Positions 34,943 to 45,549 of a stretch of DNA of 64,000 nucleotides are shown here, one piece after another. The stretch is from positions 192,001-256,000 of the forward strand of contig CAVTHK010000016.1 of the NCBI GenBank assembly GCA_963734495.1, given 5' to 3'. Under the pieces are notes generated by a model. The model was not told the origin of the DNA, did no database searches, and saw only the letters and a program-made list of their open reading frames with translations. The stretch comes from an uncultured Spirochaetota bacterium. GTDB taxonomy: Bacteria > Spirochaetota > Spirochaetia > SZUA-6 > CAVTHK01. The translations under genes were made by a program, and so were the position numbers. Numbering within the stretch: the stretch's first letter is position 1; the number at the start of each line of letters is the position of its first letter.

Positions 34943-35954
34943 ATGCGACCGACGCGTCTGCTGGTGGCCGTGCTCGTCGTGCTGGCGGCCGCCGGCGGCC
35001 TGATCTCTGCCTACCGTCTCGTGCGCGCGGACCTCGAGGAGCGCGCCCGGGTGGCCTCGGAGATCGTGGCGCTCTACGACGACCTGCTTGCGCGTCACCG
35101 CGATCTCCCGCTGGCGGAGGAGAAGGCGAGGCTCGCGCGATTCCGCTCCTACGACCTGATCGCGATCGCGCGCGGCGTGGCCGCGCTGCGGGAGGACTAT
35201 GTCGCGACCGAGCGCCGCCTCGCGCAGGACATGGCCGGCCCGCGCGCCCTCGAGGAGCCGAGGTACAAGACGTTCACCCCCAACGGGTTCCGCGATTTCG
35301 CCAACAGCGTCGTCTTTCCGCGCACCCGTCTCCTTGCCGCCCCGCCGCCCATCACCGGCAGCGCGGCCGCGGACGAGCGCCTGCGGCAGACTGGCCGAGG
35401 CGCGCGGGTATCTGCGGCGGCCGGTCGCGCTGGAGGAAGGGCTCGTGACCGACGGCCGCTACAGCCTGCAGAGCGACGCCATGGAGGCGTGGAAGCGCCT
35501 GCGCGAGGCGGCCGAGCGGTCCGGGATCGCGCTCGACCTGATCTCGGCGTACCGGTCCCCGGACAGGCAGCGCGAGATCTTCATGCAGAGGCTGCGCCAG
35601 ATCATGCTCCTCGACACCGGCCGCGAGCTCTCGACGGCCGAGATCGCGCAGGGCAGGGCGGACGCGGATGTGGACCGGCTGCTCGCCACGAGCTCGATCC
35701 CGGGCTATTCGCGCCATCACACCGGGTACGCCTTCGACCTGATCGACGTGACGTCCGGCCGGCCTTCGACGGAGTTCGCCCTCACGAGAGGGTTCGCCTG
35801 GCTTTCCGCGGAAAACTATCTGATGGCAAAGCGATTCGGCTTCGTCCCCAGCTACCCGGAGGGCGCGGGGCGCCAGGGCCCCGACCCCGAGGCCTGGGAA
35901 TACATCTGGGTGGGCGAGCAGGCCCTGCGGGCCCCCGCGGTGCCCGCCCTGTAG
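34943..35954 (+). CDS. D-Ala-D-Ala carboxypeptidase, M15B/VanY family (frameshift ~35390)
   Basis: N-terminal TM, SAYRS..Q, PGYSRHHTGYAFD, EAWE. Confidence 0.85.
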
Positions 35955-35963
35955 GCGGTCGGC

Positions 35964-36962
35964 ATGGCAGGTTCTCTTCGACGCGCCGCGGCGCTGTGCG
36001 GGATCTCCGCGTGGATGCTGGCGGGCGCCCTCTCCTTCGGCGCCCCGTCCTCGGAAAGCGCCCGCCCCGAGCTTCCGCCGGTTCTCCGCATCGCGGGCCT
36101 CAAGGGGCCGACGGGCCTCGGCATGGTCAGGATGCTGGAAAAGGACGACAAGATTGAAGGGGTCCCTGTCGCCTATGATCTGGTGTCCTCCCCCGACCTG
36201 GCGGCCGCCAGGGTCCTCAGCGGCGAGCTCGACTTTGCGGCGCTCCCGACGAACATGGCGGCACGCATCTACAACGGGGGCGTGCGCTACCGGCTGGCCG
36301 CGGTGATCGGGTTCGGTGTCCTCTACGTGATCTCCGCCGACCCGTCCATCGCGGGGTGGGGGGACCTGCGCGGCCGGGCGATCGCGGCGGCCGGCCGCGG
36401 AAGCACGGCCGACGTCGCCTTCCGGTATCTCGCTTCGCGCAACGGGCTCGATCCCGCAAAGGACCTCACGCTGCGCTACTACCCTCCGCTCGAGCTGGCG
36501 CAGCTCGCGATCGCCGGACGCGAGCCTGCCGCGGTGCTGCCCGAGCCGTTCGTCACAAAGGTGCTCCTGCAGAAGCCCGACTTCCGCGTCGTCATGGACG
36601 TGCAGCAGGAATGGCTGCGCGACGCGGGCCCGGAGGCGCCGCTGGCGATGAGCTCGCTTGTGGTCAAGGCCGAGACCGCCCGCCGCTACCCCGCGCTGGT
36701 GCGCGCCGTGCTCGCGCGGTACGCGGAGTCGAGCGCGTGGGTGAACGAGCACCCGCACGACGCGGGCCTCCTCGCCGAAAAGCACGGGCTGGGCTTCGCC
36801 TCCGCGGAGGCCGAAGCCGCGATTCCCCGCTGCAACATCCGCTTCGTGCCCGCGCGCGCCGCGCAGACCGCGGTCGACGCGTTCCTCCGCATCCTGCTGG
36901 CTTCCTCGCCCGACGCGATCGGTGGTAGACTGCCCGACGATGCCTTCTACTTGGAGGAATAG
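35964..36962 (+). CDS. ABC transporter substrate-binding protein (SsuA/NitT/TauT-like)
   Basis: Signal peptide, LKGPTG, AALPTN.AA, VLPEPF. Confidence 0.88.
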   Translation: MAGSLRRAAALCGISAWMLAGALSFGAPSSESARPELPPVLRIAGLKGPTGLGMVRMLEKDDKIEGVPVAYDLVSSPDLAAARVLSGELDFAALPTNMAARIYNGGVRYRLAAVIGFGVLYVISADPSIAGWGDLRGRAIAAAGRGSTADVAFRYLASRNGLDPAKDLTLRYYPPLELAQLAIAGREPAAVLPEPFVTKVLLQKPDFRVVMDVQQEWLRDAGPEAPLAMSSLVVKAETARRYPALVRAVLARYAESSAWVNEHPHDAGLLAEKHGLGFASAEAEAAIPRCNIRFVPARAAQTAVDAFLRILLASSPDAIGGRLPDDAFYLEE

Positions 36963-37686
36963 GCTCCTCGGTCTGGGCTCGGTCGTCGCGCTGGTGGGTC
37001 TGTGGCAGGCGGCCTCGGCGATCATCGGGCTCGAGATCATCATGCCCGGGCCCGTCGCGACGGCTTCGCGGGCGGCGGGGCTGCTCGTGTCGCCGGGTTT
37101 CGCGGCGGACGTGCTTGCCACCGTCACCCGCGGGCTCATCGGGTTCGCGATCTCCGCGCTGCTCGCGCTCTCCCTGGGAGTGGCCGCCGGGCGCAGCGAG
37201 GCGCTGTTCGCGATGCTCCAGCCGGCTGTCGGGCTCGTGCGGGCGACGCCGGTGATGTCCGTGATTCTTCTCGCGATGATCTGGTTCCGGACCGAAGGCA
37301 TGCCGATCTTCGTGGGGTTCCTCATGTGCTTCCCGGTGCTCTACGGCAACGTGGTCGAAGGCATCCGCAGCATCGACCGCGACCTCGTCGACATGTCGCA
37401 CGCGTTCCGGGTGAGGCGGGGCCGCATTTTTCGAGGTCTGTACCTTCCCGCGATCCTCCCGTACCTGGTGGCGGGTTTCTCGGCCACGCTCGGGCTCTCC
37501 TGGAAGGTCGTCGTCGCGGCCGAGGTCCTCGGCCAGCCGGCCCGGGCGATCGGCACGCGGCTGCAGGACGCCCGCGTGATGCTGGACACCGCGGGCGTGC
37601 TCGCGTGGACGGTCGTGGCCCTCGTGCTGGCGGGCGCGACCGAAGGGCTGCTCAGGGTCGCCGCCCGGAGGCTCAGCTACCGGTGA
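36940..37686 (+). CDS. ABC transporter permease (SsuC/TauC-like)
   Basis: Six TMs, RATPVMS, GIRSIDRDLVDM, SWKVVVAAE. Confidence 0.9.
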   Translation: MPSTWRNRLLGLGSVVALVGLWQAASAIIGLEIIMPGPVATASRAAGLLVSPGFAADVLATVTRGLIGFAISALLALSLGVAAGRSEALFAMLQPAVGLVRATPVMSVILLAMIWFRTEGMPIFVGFLMCFPVLYGNVVEGIRSIDRDLVDMSHAFRVRRGRIFRGLYLPAILPYLVAGFSATLGLSWKVVVAAEVLGQPARAIGTRLQDARVMLDTAGVLAWTVVALVLAGATEGLLRVAARRLSYR

Positions 37687-38396
37687 GCGACCTCGTCGTG
37701 CGCGGGCTCTCCAAGTCTTTCGGCGGCCTCGAGGTCCTGCGCGCCCTCTCCATCCGCGTGCCCGAGCACGGAATTCTCAGCGTCCTCGGCCCGTCCGGCT
37801 GCGGAAAGACGACGCTGCTGAACGTCATCGCAGGGACGGAGCGGCCCGACCAGGGCACCGTGGAGGGGACGGGGGACGCGGGCGTGAGCTACCTCTTCCA
37901 GGAGCCCCGCCTGCTGCCGTGGAAGACCGTGGCCGGCAACGTGGAGTTCGTGCTGCAGGACCGGATGTCCGCGGCGGAGCGGCGCAAAACCGTGGCTTCG
38001 GTCCTCGCGCTCGTCGGCCTGGAGGAATTCCGCGCGACCCGCCCGGCCGAGCTTTCCGGCGGAATGAAGCAGAGGACGGCCATGGCGCGCGCCTTCGCCT
38101 ATCCTTCGCGCGTGCTGCTCATGGACGAGCCGTTCCGCGCGCTGGACCTGCCGCTCAAGCTGGCGCTCATGCGCGCTTTCGTCGAGCTCTGGGAGCGCGA
38201 CCTGCGGACCGTGCTCTTCGTCACCCACGACATCCAGGAAGCCCTCTTCCTGGGGGACGACATCCTCGTGCTTTCGCCGAGGCCGGCCGTCGTCCGCGAC
38301 CACGTCCCGAACCCGATCCCGCGGGCCGAGCGCTCGTTCCAGAGCCCCGCGATGCTCGCGCTCGAAAAGGACCTGTATGAGCTCCTCCTCAGGTAA
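37683..38396 (+). CDS. ABC transporter ATP-binding protein
   Basis: GPSGCGKT, FQEPRLLPW, LSGGMKQR, LLMDEPF, VTHD. Confidence 0.95.
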   Translation: MSDLVVRGLSKSFGGLEVLRALSIRVPEHGILSVLGPSGCGKTTLLNVIAGTERPDQGTVEGTGDAGVSYLFQEPRLLPWKTVAGNVEFVLQDRMSAAERRKTVASVLALVGLEEFRATRPAELSGGMKQRTAMARAFAYPSRVLLMDEPFRALDLPLKLALMRAFVELWERDLRTVLFVTHDIQEALFLGDDILVLSPRPAVVRDHVPNPIPRAERSFQSPAMLALEKDLYELLLR

Positions 38397-38757
38397 GGCC
38401 GGCGAAGACAGCATCCGCATCCCGCGCATCAGCGCGCGCTGCATCCTCGGCGTGCGCCCATGGGAACGGCGGCGCAGGCGACGCGTGGAGATCTCGCTCA
38501 CGATCGAGGCCGACCTCGCCGAGGCTGCGGCCGGCGACTCCCTCGAGAGCACGGTCGACTACTCCGTCGCCTCGCGCCGCGTCCGCGAGGTCGTGGCCGG
38601 GACGCGCTTCCGGCTCCTCGAGGCGCTGGCCGGCCGCGTGGCGGGCGTCGTGCTGGAGCTGCCGCGGGTCCGCGCGGTCGAAGTGACCGTCAGCAAACCG
38701 GGGGCGATCCGGCGGGCCGGCGCCCCGGAAGTCCGCATTCGGAGGGAAAGGGCGTGA
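38377..38757 (+). CDS. folB: Dihydroneopterin aldolase
   Basis: ILGV..WER, D.LESTVDY, F.LLEALA, VTVSKP. Confidence 0.88.
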   Translation: MSSSSGKAGEDSIRIPRISARCILGVRPWERRRRRRVEISLTIEADLAEAAAGDSLESTVDYSVASRRVREVVAGTRFRLLEALAGRVAGVVLELPRVRAVEVTVSKPGAIRRAGAPEVRIRRERA

Positions 38758-39311
38758 ACACCGAGCGCGTCCGCGACCTGGTGAGGGAGCTCCTGGTGGA
38801 GATCGGCGAGGACCCCGACCGCGAGGGGCTCAGGGACACCCCCCGCCGATACGCGGAGATGATGGGCTTTCTGTGCTCCGGCTACAGCCACGATCTCGCC
38901 GAGGTGACCGGCCGGTCGTTCTTTACGCAGAAGATCAACCACATGGTCGTGCTCAAGGACATCGAGCTCTACAGCCTCTGCGAGCACCACATGCTGCCGT
39001 TCTACGGCCGCTGCCACATCGGCTACATAGCCAAGGGCAAGGTCTTCGGCGTGAGCAAGCTGGCGCGCATCGTGGACATGTACGCGAGGCGCCTGCAGCT
39101 CCAGGAGCGGCTTACGGAGCAGATCGCGCACGCCGTGCGGGACTCGATCGGCGCGCAGGGAGTGGGGGTGGTCATAGAGGCGCGCCACCTCTGCATGATG
39201 ATGCGCGGAGTGCGCAAGCAGAGCTCGGTCATGATGACCTCGTCGCTGCTGGGGGTCTTCATGAACAACCCGGCCACGCGGGGGGAGTTCCTTTCGCTGC
39301 TTCGCCGATAG
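38754..39311 (+). CDS. folE: GTP cyclohydrolase I
   Basis: [38 protein letters not shown]. Confidence 0.96.
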   Translation: MNTERVRDLVRELLVEIGEDPDREGLRDTPRRYAEMMGFLCSGYSHDLAEVTGRSFFTQKINHMVVLKDIELYSLCEHHMLPFYGRCHIGYIAKGKVFGVSKLARIVDMYARRLQLQERLTEQIAHAVRDSIGAQGVGVVIEARHLCMMMRGVRKQSSVMMTSSLLGVFMNNPATRGEFLSLLRR

Positions 39312-39366
39312 GCCGGACGATTGCTCTACCGCGCGGCGCCTGCTTACATTAGTCACCGGGGGTTTC

Positions 39367-40008
39367 ATGAGGAAAGCCATCCTGCCCGCGTTCATCGCGG
39401 TGGCCGTCGCGGCGACGGCCGCAATCATATATGCCGTGTCGACGGGCGTGTTCCGCGCCCATACACCGCCCGCTGCGACCGCCCCCGCCGCTGTCCCGAG
39501 CCGGGAGGCGGTCGCGATCCCCGCCAAAGCCACGGACAGCCCCTCAGCCGACGAGCTGCACGCCGTCGGCCTGTCGCAGGTCCGACCCGGAACGCGCATC
39601 CTCGACTTCGAGCTGCAGGATCTGCAGGGGAAGAAGATCAAGCTCTCCGGGCTTGCCGGACAGGTCGTCTTCCTCAACTTCTGGGCCACCTGGTGCCCGC
39701 CCTGCCGGGCCGAAATGCCTTCGATGGAGCGGCTGCACGCGCGCCTCAAGGACAAGGGGCTCACGATCATCGGAGTCGACCTGCAGGAGGGCCAGCGGGA
39801 GGTCGAGGACTTCGTCCACGAGTACAAGCTGTCGTTCCCGATCGTGACCGACCGCAGCGGCAGCGTGGCGTCCGCCTACGGCATCCGCAGCATCCCGACC
39901 ACCTACGTGATCGGCCGCGACGGCACCATCCTGGCGGGCCGCATCGGCGGGCAGGAGTGGGATGACCCGGTGATCGCGGACTTCTTCGAGAAGCTGCTGG
40001 CGAGGTAG
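39367..40008 (+). CDS. TlpA/ResA thiol-disulfide reductase
   Basis: N-terminal anchor, LNFWATWCPPCRAEMP, IPTT. Confidence 0.93.
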   Translation: MRKAILPAFIAVAVAATAAIIYAVSTGVFRAHTPPAATAPAAVPSREAVAIPAKATDSPSADELHAVGLSQVRPGTRILDFELQDLQGKKIKLSGLAGQVVFLNFWATWCPPCRAEMPSMERLHARLKDKGLTIIGVDLQEGQREVEDFVHEYKLSFPIVTDRSGSVASAYGIRSIPTTYVIGRDGTILAGRIGGQEWDDPVIADFFEKLLAR

Positions 40009-40011
40009 CGC

Positions 40012-40974
40012 GTGATCGGCGTCGACAGCGGCGTGAGCGCCGGCCTAGCGTTCGCCGCGGGCGTGCTCTCGTTCCTCTCGCCGTGCGTGTTGCCCCTGAT
40101 TCCCTCGTACCTCTCGTTCATCGGCGGCGCTTCGCTGGGAGCGGCCGATGAGGTCCGGAGGTCGCGGCTCGCGGCCTTCTACCAGACGCTCGCGTTCGTG
40201 ATCGGCTTCTCGATCATCTTTGTCGCGCTCGGCGCTCTCTTTTCCGCGGCCCTGGGAGCGCTCGGACGCCTCTCACAGGTCGTGAACGTCGCCGCCGGCG
40301 TGATCGTCGTGCTCCTGGGGGCGAACTTCATTTTCGATTTCTGGAAGGTCCTCGACCTCGAGCGCCGCGCGCACGTGACCCGGCGGCCCGGCGGGCTCGG
40401 GGGCGCCCTGGTCGTGGGCATGGCGTTCGGCGCAGGCTGGTCGCCGTGCGTCGGGCCGATCCTGAGCTCCATCCTGCTGCTGGCAGGCTCGGGCGGCGCG
40501 GTGGCCCGCGGCCTCGGCCTGCTCCTTGTGTATTCGCTCGGGCTCGGGCTGCCCTTCCTCCTGACCGGCCTCTTCTTCTCGAACGCCCGCCGTCTCCTGG
40601 CGCGGCTGAAACCGCACCTGCCCGCGATCCGGGTCGCGAGCGGCATCTTCCTGATCGCGGTCGGGCTGCTGATCATCTTTGGCCGGCTGCAGCGCTTCAA
40701 CGTGGCGCTCTTCAGCCTCGCGGGTCGCCTGCGCGCCTGGGAGGCGGCGGAGCCGCTGCTCACGCGCGCCGTGACCGCGGCGGTGCTGGCGCTGGCCGCC
40801 GGGTGCGGCGTGTGGCTTGCGGCGCGCCGCGGTCGGCAGCAGGCGGCCGCCCGCGCGCGGCCGTGGGCGCTCGTGCTGGCGGGCCTGCTGGCGGGCCTCG
40901 CGGCGCTCACGATGACCGGCGTGGTGAGCCCCTCGTCGCTGCTGGCCGTCTGGTTCAGCTACCAGGGGATCTGA
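40012..40974 (+). CDS. ccdA: Cytochrome c biogenesis protein CcdA
   Basis: SFLSPCVLPLIPSYL, GWSPCVGPIL, YSLGLGLPF. Confidence 0.93.
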   Translation: MIGVDSGVSAGLAFAAGVLSFLSPCVLPLIPSYLSFIGGASLGAADEVRRSRLAAFYQTLAFVIGFSIIFVALGALFSAALGALGRLSQVVNVAAGVIVVLLGANFIFDFWKVLDLERRAHVTRRPGGLGGALVVGMAFGAGWSPCVGPILSSILLLAGSGGAVARGLGLLLVYSLGLGLPFLLTGLFFSNARRLLARLKPHLPAIRVASGIFLIAVGLLIIFGRLQRFNVALFSLAGRLRAWEAAEPLLTRAVTAAVLALAAGCGVWLAARRGRQQAAARARPWALVLAGLLAGLAALTMTGVVSPSSLLAVWFSYQGI

Positions 40975-41116
40975 GGCGCGGCGATGCCGCCGCCGTCGCG
41001 CGGCCCTCGCGCGTGCGCGGGCTGTCTTCGCTTGCAATTCGCGACGCAAAGGTGGAATACTCTGTCTGGGAGGGGCGGGCGGCGACCTGTCCGGGTCGAG
41101 CCGACGTCCGATCGTC

Positions 41117-42166
41117 ATGGAAGTGAGACGCGATTTTGTCAGGCGGACGGCCCAGGCGCGCACGGCAAAGGACGCCTCGCGCGACTCGGGCTACCGCAAG
41201 GCCGCTCAGTTCCTCATCCTCATCGGCGACGAGCAGGCGGCGCAGGTTCTCCGCTACCTCACCGAGGAGGAAGTCGAAGGCATCACGCGGGAGATCGCCG
41301 CCATCGACCGCATCAGCGACGCCGACGCGCTCAAGGTGCTCGAGGAGTTCGGTCTCCTCGCGCGGGAGCGGCGCGGCGCCGCCGCGGGCGGAGTGGACAG
41401 GGCGCGCGAGATGCTCGAGGCTTCCCTCGGAAAGGAGCGCGGCGGAGAGGTGTTCGAGCGCGTGCGCAAGCGCATCGGCCCGAGCTTCCGCTTCATGCAC
41501 TCCGTGGACCCGCACCAGGCGGCGGCGCTGCTGCGCGAGGAGTCGATCGCCGTGGCCTCGGCGGTGCTGACTCAGATCGAGCCCGCGCAGGCCGCGCGCA
41601 TCCTGGCGTGCTTTCCGCCGCAGGGCCAGCGGGAGATCGCCGCGCGCATCGCCAGGATGAGCCGCCTCTCGCCCGACGTGCTGGAAAAGGTGCGCGATTC
41701 CCTCGAAGGCAGGCTCGACGCCCAGGGCAGGATCGTGACGCTGGGCGTGGACGGCCGCTCCGTGCTCACGGCGATTGCCAAGGCGATGGGCGCCGGCGAG
41801 CAGGCCGAGCTGATCGCCGGCCTGGAGGCCTCCGACCCCGAGCTGGCCGCCTCCGTCGAGGAGCGGCTGTTCGGAGTTGAGACGGCGCTCGAGGTCTCCC
41901 GTCGCGACCTGGGCCGGCTCCTCGCAAGCCTCGCGGACCGCGAGATCGCCCTGCTCGCCAAGGGGGCGGGTCCGACCGTGCGCGAGGCGCTGCTGGCTGC
42001 CGTGTCGCCGCGCCGGCGCGAGATCATCGCCAGCGAAGAGGAGCTGGCCGGCGACGTCCCGCCGGCCGAGACCGCCCGGGCCGCGCGTGACTTCGCCGCC
42101 CTGCTGCGCCGCGCGTGGCAGGAGGGCACGCTCCGCATCACGGGCCGCGGCGAGGAGCTGGCATAG
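41117..42166 (+). CDS. fliG: Flagellar motor switch protein FliG (spirochaete FliG1-like paralogue)
   Basis: RKAAQFLILIG, GGVDRAREML, IARMSRLSPDV, outside any flagellar operon. Confidence 0.85.
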   Translation: MEVRRDFVRRTAQARTAKDASRDSGYRKAAQFLILIGDEQAAQVLRYLTEEEVEGITREIAAIDRISDADALKVLEEFGLLARERRGAAAGGVDRAREMLEASLGKERGGEVFERVRKRIGPSFRFMHSVDPHQAAALLREESIAVASAVLTQIEPAQAARILACFPPQGQREIAARIARMSRLSPDVLEKVRDSLEGRLDAQGRIVTLGVDGRSVLTAIAKAMGAGEQAELIAGLEASDPELAASVEERLFGVETALEVSRRDLGRLLASLADREIALLAKGAGPTVREALLAAVSPRRREIIASEEELAGDVPPAETARAARDFAALLRRAWQEGTLRITGRGEELA

Positions 42167-42169
42167 GAA

Positions 42170-42619
42170 ATGTACTCGCTGTTCGTAGCCTACATGCTGT
42201 GGCTCTTCCTCGGCTTCTTCGGAGCGCACCGCTTCTACCTGGGAAGAATCGGAACCGGGCTGTTCTACGCCCTCACTGGCGGAGGGTTCTTTTTCGGGTG
42301 GGCCTTCGACTTTTTTCACATCCCGTCGATGGTCCGCGAGGCGAACCTGCGGCTGAGCTACCACCAGGCCCTGTTCGGCGACACCGCCGCGCGGGCGCTC
42401 CCTCGCGCCAAGGAATCGATCGAGCGGACCATACTCCGGACCGCGCGCCGGAACGGCGGCAAGGTGACCCCGTCGGAAGTCGCGCTCGAGGGCGACTGCA
42501 CGATCGAGCAGGCGGAAAAGGCGCTGGAGAAGCTCGCCGCCTCCGGCCACGCCGAGATGCACATCCGCGACTCGGGCGTGATCGAGTACCGCTTTGTCGA
42601 GTTCGAGCGGGAGTCGTAG
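42170..42619 (+). CDS. TM2 (NINE) domain membrane protein with C-terminal wHTH-like segment
   Basis: AYMLWLFLGFFGAHRFYLG. Confidence 0.85.
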   Translation: MYSLFVAYMLWLFLGFFGAHRFYLGRIGTGLFYALTGGGFFFGWAFDFFHIPSMVREANLRLSYHQALFGDTAARALPRAKESIERTILRTARRNGGKVTPSEVALEGDCTIEQAEKALEKLAASGHAEMHIRDSGVIEYRFVEFERES

Positions 42620-42623
42620 AGGC

Positions 42624-43446
42624 GTGCTTCGCTTTGGCGGCCGGGCCCTCGTGATGGGCATCCTCAACGTGACCCCCGACTCGTTCTATCCCGGCAGCCG
42701 CAGGCCCGGGACCGCTGAGGCGGTCGAAGCGGGGCGCGCGATGATCGCCGCCGGCGCGGATATCATCGACGTCGGGGGCGAGTCCACTCGTCCCGGCTCC
42801 GATCCCGTGCCGGCTCAGGTCGAGATGGACCGCGTCTGCCCCGTGATCGAGACGCCTCGCCCGCGAGGGAGCAGTGACGATCTCGATCGACACGTCGAAG
42901 TCTTCGGTCGCGGCGGCCGCGCTCGATGCCGGCGCCGCGATGGTGAACGACGTCACCGCGCTTCGGGGAGACCCGGAGATGAAGCCGCTGGTCGCGCGCC
43001 GCGGAGTGCCGGTCGTGCTGATGCATATGCGCGGGACGCCGAAGACGATGCAGAAGGACCCGCACTTCGCCGACACGATCGGCGGAGGTGCGCGCGGAGC
43101 TCGCGGCGGCGCTGGCCGACGCGCTGGCCGCGGGCATCCCGACGCAGCGGATCGTCCTCGACCCCGGCATCGGGTTCGGGAAGCGGCCCGCGGACAACCT
43201 GCGCTCGTGCGGGACCTTGCGCGCATCCGCGAGCTGGGCTGCGCGGTGCTGATCGGGCTGTCGCGCAAGAGCTTTCTCGGCGTCGTGACGGGACGGCCGG
43301 TCGAGGAGCGCCTGGCGTCCACGATCGCCGCCAACACGATCGCGGTGCTCGCGGGCGCGGACATCGTGCGCGTGCACGACGTGGCGGCGGCCGTGGACAT
43401 GGTGCGGGTCGTCGCCGCGGTCCGCAGCGGAGGCGCCTCGTGCTGA
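42624..43446 (+). CDS. folP: Dihydropteroate synthase (several frameshifts)
   Basis: MGILNVTPDSF, DVGGESTRPG, VLMHM, DPGIGFGK, SRKSF, VRVHDV. Confidence 0.93.
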
Positions 43447-44234
43447 GCTCTCTCGTGAACGCGAGCCTGATCCGCGACACGCTCAGGCCGGCGCTGGACA
43501 TCCTGATCCTCGCCTTCATCATCTACAAGGGTTACCAGATCCTCGTCCAGACCCGCGCGGTACAGCTCATCAAGGGCGCCTTCACGCTGGCGCTGATCTA
43601 CCTGGTGGCGTTCTTCTTCCAGCTCAAGACGCTGCTGTGGATCCTGAGCCTCTTCGGCCCGGGACTCGTCATCGCGACGGCCATCATCTTCCAGCCGGAG
43701 CTGCGCAAGATCTTCACGCGGCTGGGGCAGGGCCAGTGGTTCCGCTTCCAGACCGAGGCCAGCCCGCAGCAGCTGGAGTCCGTGGTGAACTCGGTGGAGA
43801 TCCTTTCCGATCGCCGCATGGGCAGCCTGATCGTCATCTCGCGCACTGTGGGGCTCAAGAACATCATCGAGACGGGGACGCCGCTGGACGCGGAGCTCTC
43901 CACCCCCCTGATCCTGACGATCTTCCACCCCGACACGCCCCTGCACGACGGCGCGATCGTGCTCAGCGGCGGGCGCATCGTGGCGGGAGGCTGCTTCCTT
44001 CCGCTGTCGGAGCAGACCGACATCCGAAAGAGCTTCGGGACGCGCCACCGTGCCGCTCTCGGGCTGACGGAGGAGACCGACGCCGTCGTCATCGTGGTGT
44101 CGGAGGAGACGGGGGCGATTTCCGTCGCCTACGACGCCAACCTCTTCTACGACGTCCGCGTCGAGGAGCTGCGGGAGCGCCTGGGCCGCCTCTTCGAGCT
44201 CAGCCGCGAAGGAGAGCCTTCCGTTGACGACTAA
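43440..44234 (+). CDS. cdaA: Diadenylate cyclase CdaA/DacA
   Basis: Three TMs, FQPELR, TPLHDGA, GTRHRAALG, VSEETG. Confidence 0.95.
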   Translation: MLSSLVNASLIRDTLRPALDILILAFIIYKGYQILVQTRAVQLIKGAFTLALIYLVAFFFQLKTLLWILSLFGPGLVIATAIIFQPELRKIFTRLGQGQWFRFQTEASPQQLESVVNSVEILSDRRMGSLIVISRTVGLKNIIETGTPLDAELSTPLILTIFHPDTPLHDGAIVLSGGRIVAGGCFLPLSEQTDIRKSFGTRHRAALGLTEETDAVVIVVSEETGAISVAYDANLFYDVRVEELRERLGRLFELSREGEPSVDD

Positions 44235-45181
44235 GCCCCTGCTCGCCCGCGCCCTCGCGTTCTGGCCCGTCAAGATCCTGGCGCTCGCCGCGGCCGTGCT
44301 TCTGTTCGTATTCAACCGCATGAACAACCTCGAGCAGCGCGCGTTCGACCTGCCTCTGGAGGTGGTCCTGCCCGACGGCTACGTCCTCGCCGACCCGCTG
44401 CGGGAGGGCGCGGTCGTGACCGTCCGCGGCGAGGGCGAGGGCGCGCTGCGCCACGCGACAGCGGAGCAGTTCCGGGCCTGGGTCGACCTGACGAAGTTCC
44501 GCAGGGAGGGTACGTTCGTCGCCGCGGTCCAGTACGAGCGGCGCGACTCGAGCCAGCTCCCCGACGTGTTCGTCGACCGGGTCGAGCCGATGGAGGTGAC
44601 GGTGAGCCTGGAGCGCGTAGCCGAGAGGAGCCTCCCGGTGGTGGCGAACATCGCGGGATCCCCGGAAAAGGGGTACGCGCTCACGCAGTACACGATCACG
44701 CCCCCCATCGTCAGGCTGCGGGGCCCGCGCACGGTCGTCGAGAACACGACCAGCGTGCTCACGGAGGAGATCAATCTCGACGGCGTCACCGAAGACTACA
44801 AGACGCGGGTCGGGCTGCTGCGCTCCAGCCCGCTCACTCACATTCGTGGGCTCGCCCCGGGTGGAGTTCTCGGGCGTGATCACGAAGGTCATGGCGACGC
44901 GCGAGCTCACGGACGTCCCGATCACGCTGGTCAACGCGGACGCGCGCTACAGCTGGGAGGTGCGGCCTCCGCTCGGCCGCCTCGTGCTGAAGGGGGCGGA
45001 GGTCGATCTCGACGGCAGGGCCGTCCAGCCGCCCCGCCTGGTGCTCGACGTAAAGGGCGTGGTCGTCACCGGGCGGCAGACGCGGGTGGCCACGGTCCCG
45101 GAAGCGCCCGATGGGGTGACGGTTGTCGACTACGAGCCCAAGGAAGTGACCGTGATCCGGGAAGCGAAGGTGCGGCAGTGA
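44224..45181 (+). CDS. cdaR: YbbR/CdaR-like regulator (frameshift ~44850)
   Basis: FWPVKILAL TM followed by YbbR-like repeats (P..V.L.GP); directly downstream of cdaA. Confidence 0.85.
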
Positions 45182-45549
45182 TCAGGGGGCTCGGTCTCGA
45201 CGTCGTCAGCATCGACCGCATCGAGCACTGGCGGACAAGGCCGGGAATCCTCGAGCGCTTCTTCCACCCGCAGGAGCTGGAGAGCGCGCGCCGGCGGGGC
45301 CCCATGGAGGCGGCGACTCTCGCCGCGCGTTTCGCGGCCAAGGAGGCCTTCGGCAAGGCGCTCGGCACGGGGCTGGCCGGGCTGTCGCTGCGCGAGATCT
45401 CGGTGATCAACGACGAGCACGGGCAGCCCCACCTGCGCCTGGCGGGCCGCGCGCTCGAGGCACTGGTCGCTTCCGGAGGGTCGCGCGTGCTCGTGACGCT
45501 CACCCATGAGCACGACTACGCGATCGCCGTCGTCGTGATCGAGGCATGA
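45178..45549 (+). CDS. acpS: Holo-ACP synthase
   Basis: GLGLDVV, LAARFAAKEAFGKALGTG, LTHE. Confidence 0.94.
   Translation: MIRGLGLDVVSIDRIEHWRTRPGILERFFHPQELESARRRGPMEAATLAARFAAKEAFGKALGTGLAGLSLREISVINDEHGQPHLRLAGRALEALVASGGSRVLVTLTHEHDYAIAVVVIEA

Noticed and set aside
42594..45549. Apparent FolP-CdaA and CdaR-AcpS fusions
   Set aside because: Each junction has a proper stop/start overlap in the corrected frame (43440-43446 and 45178-45181).
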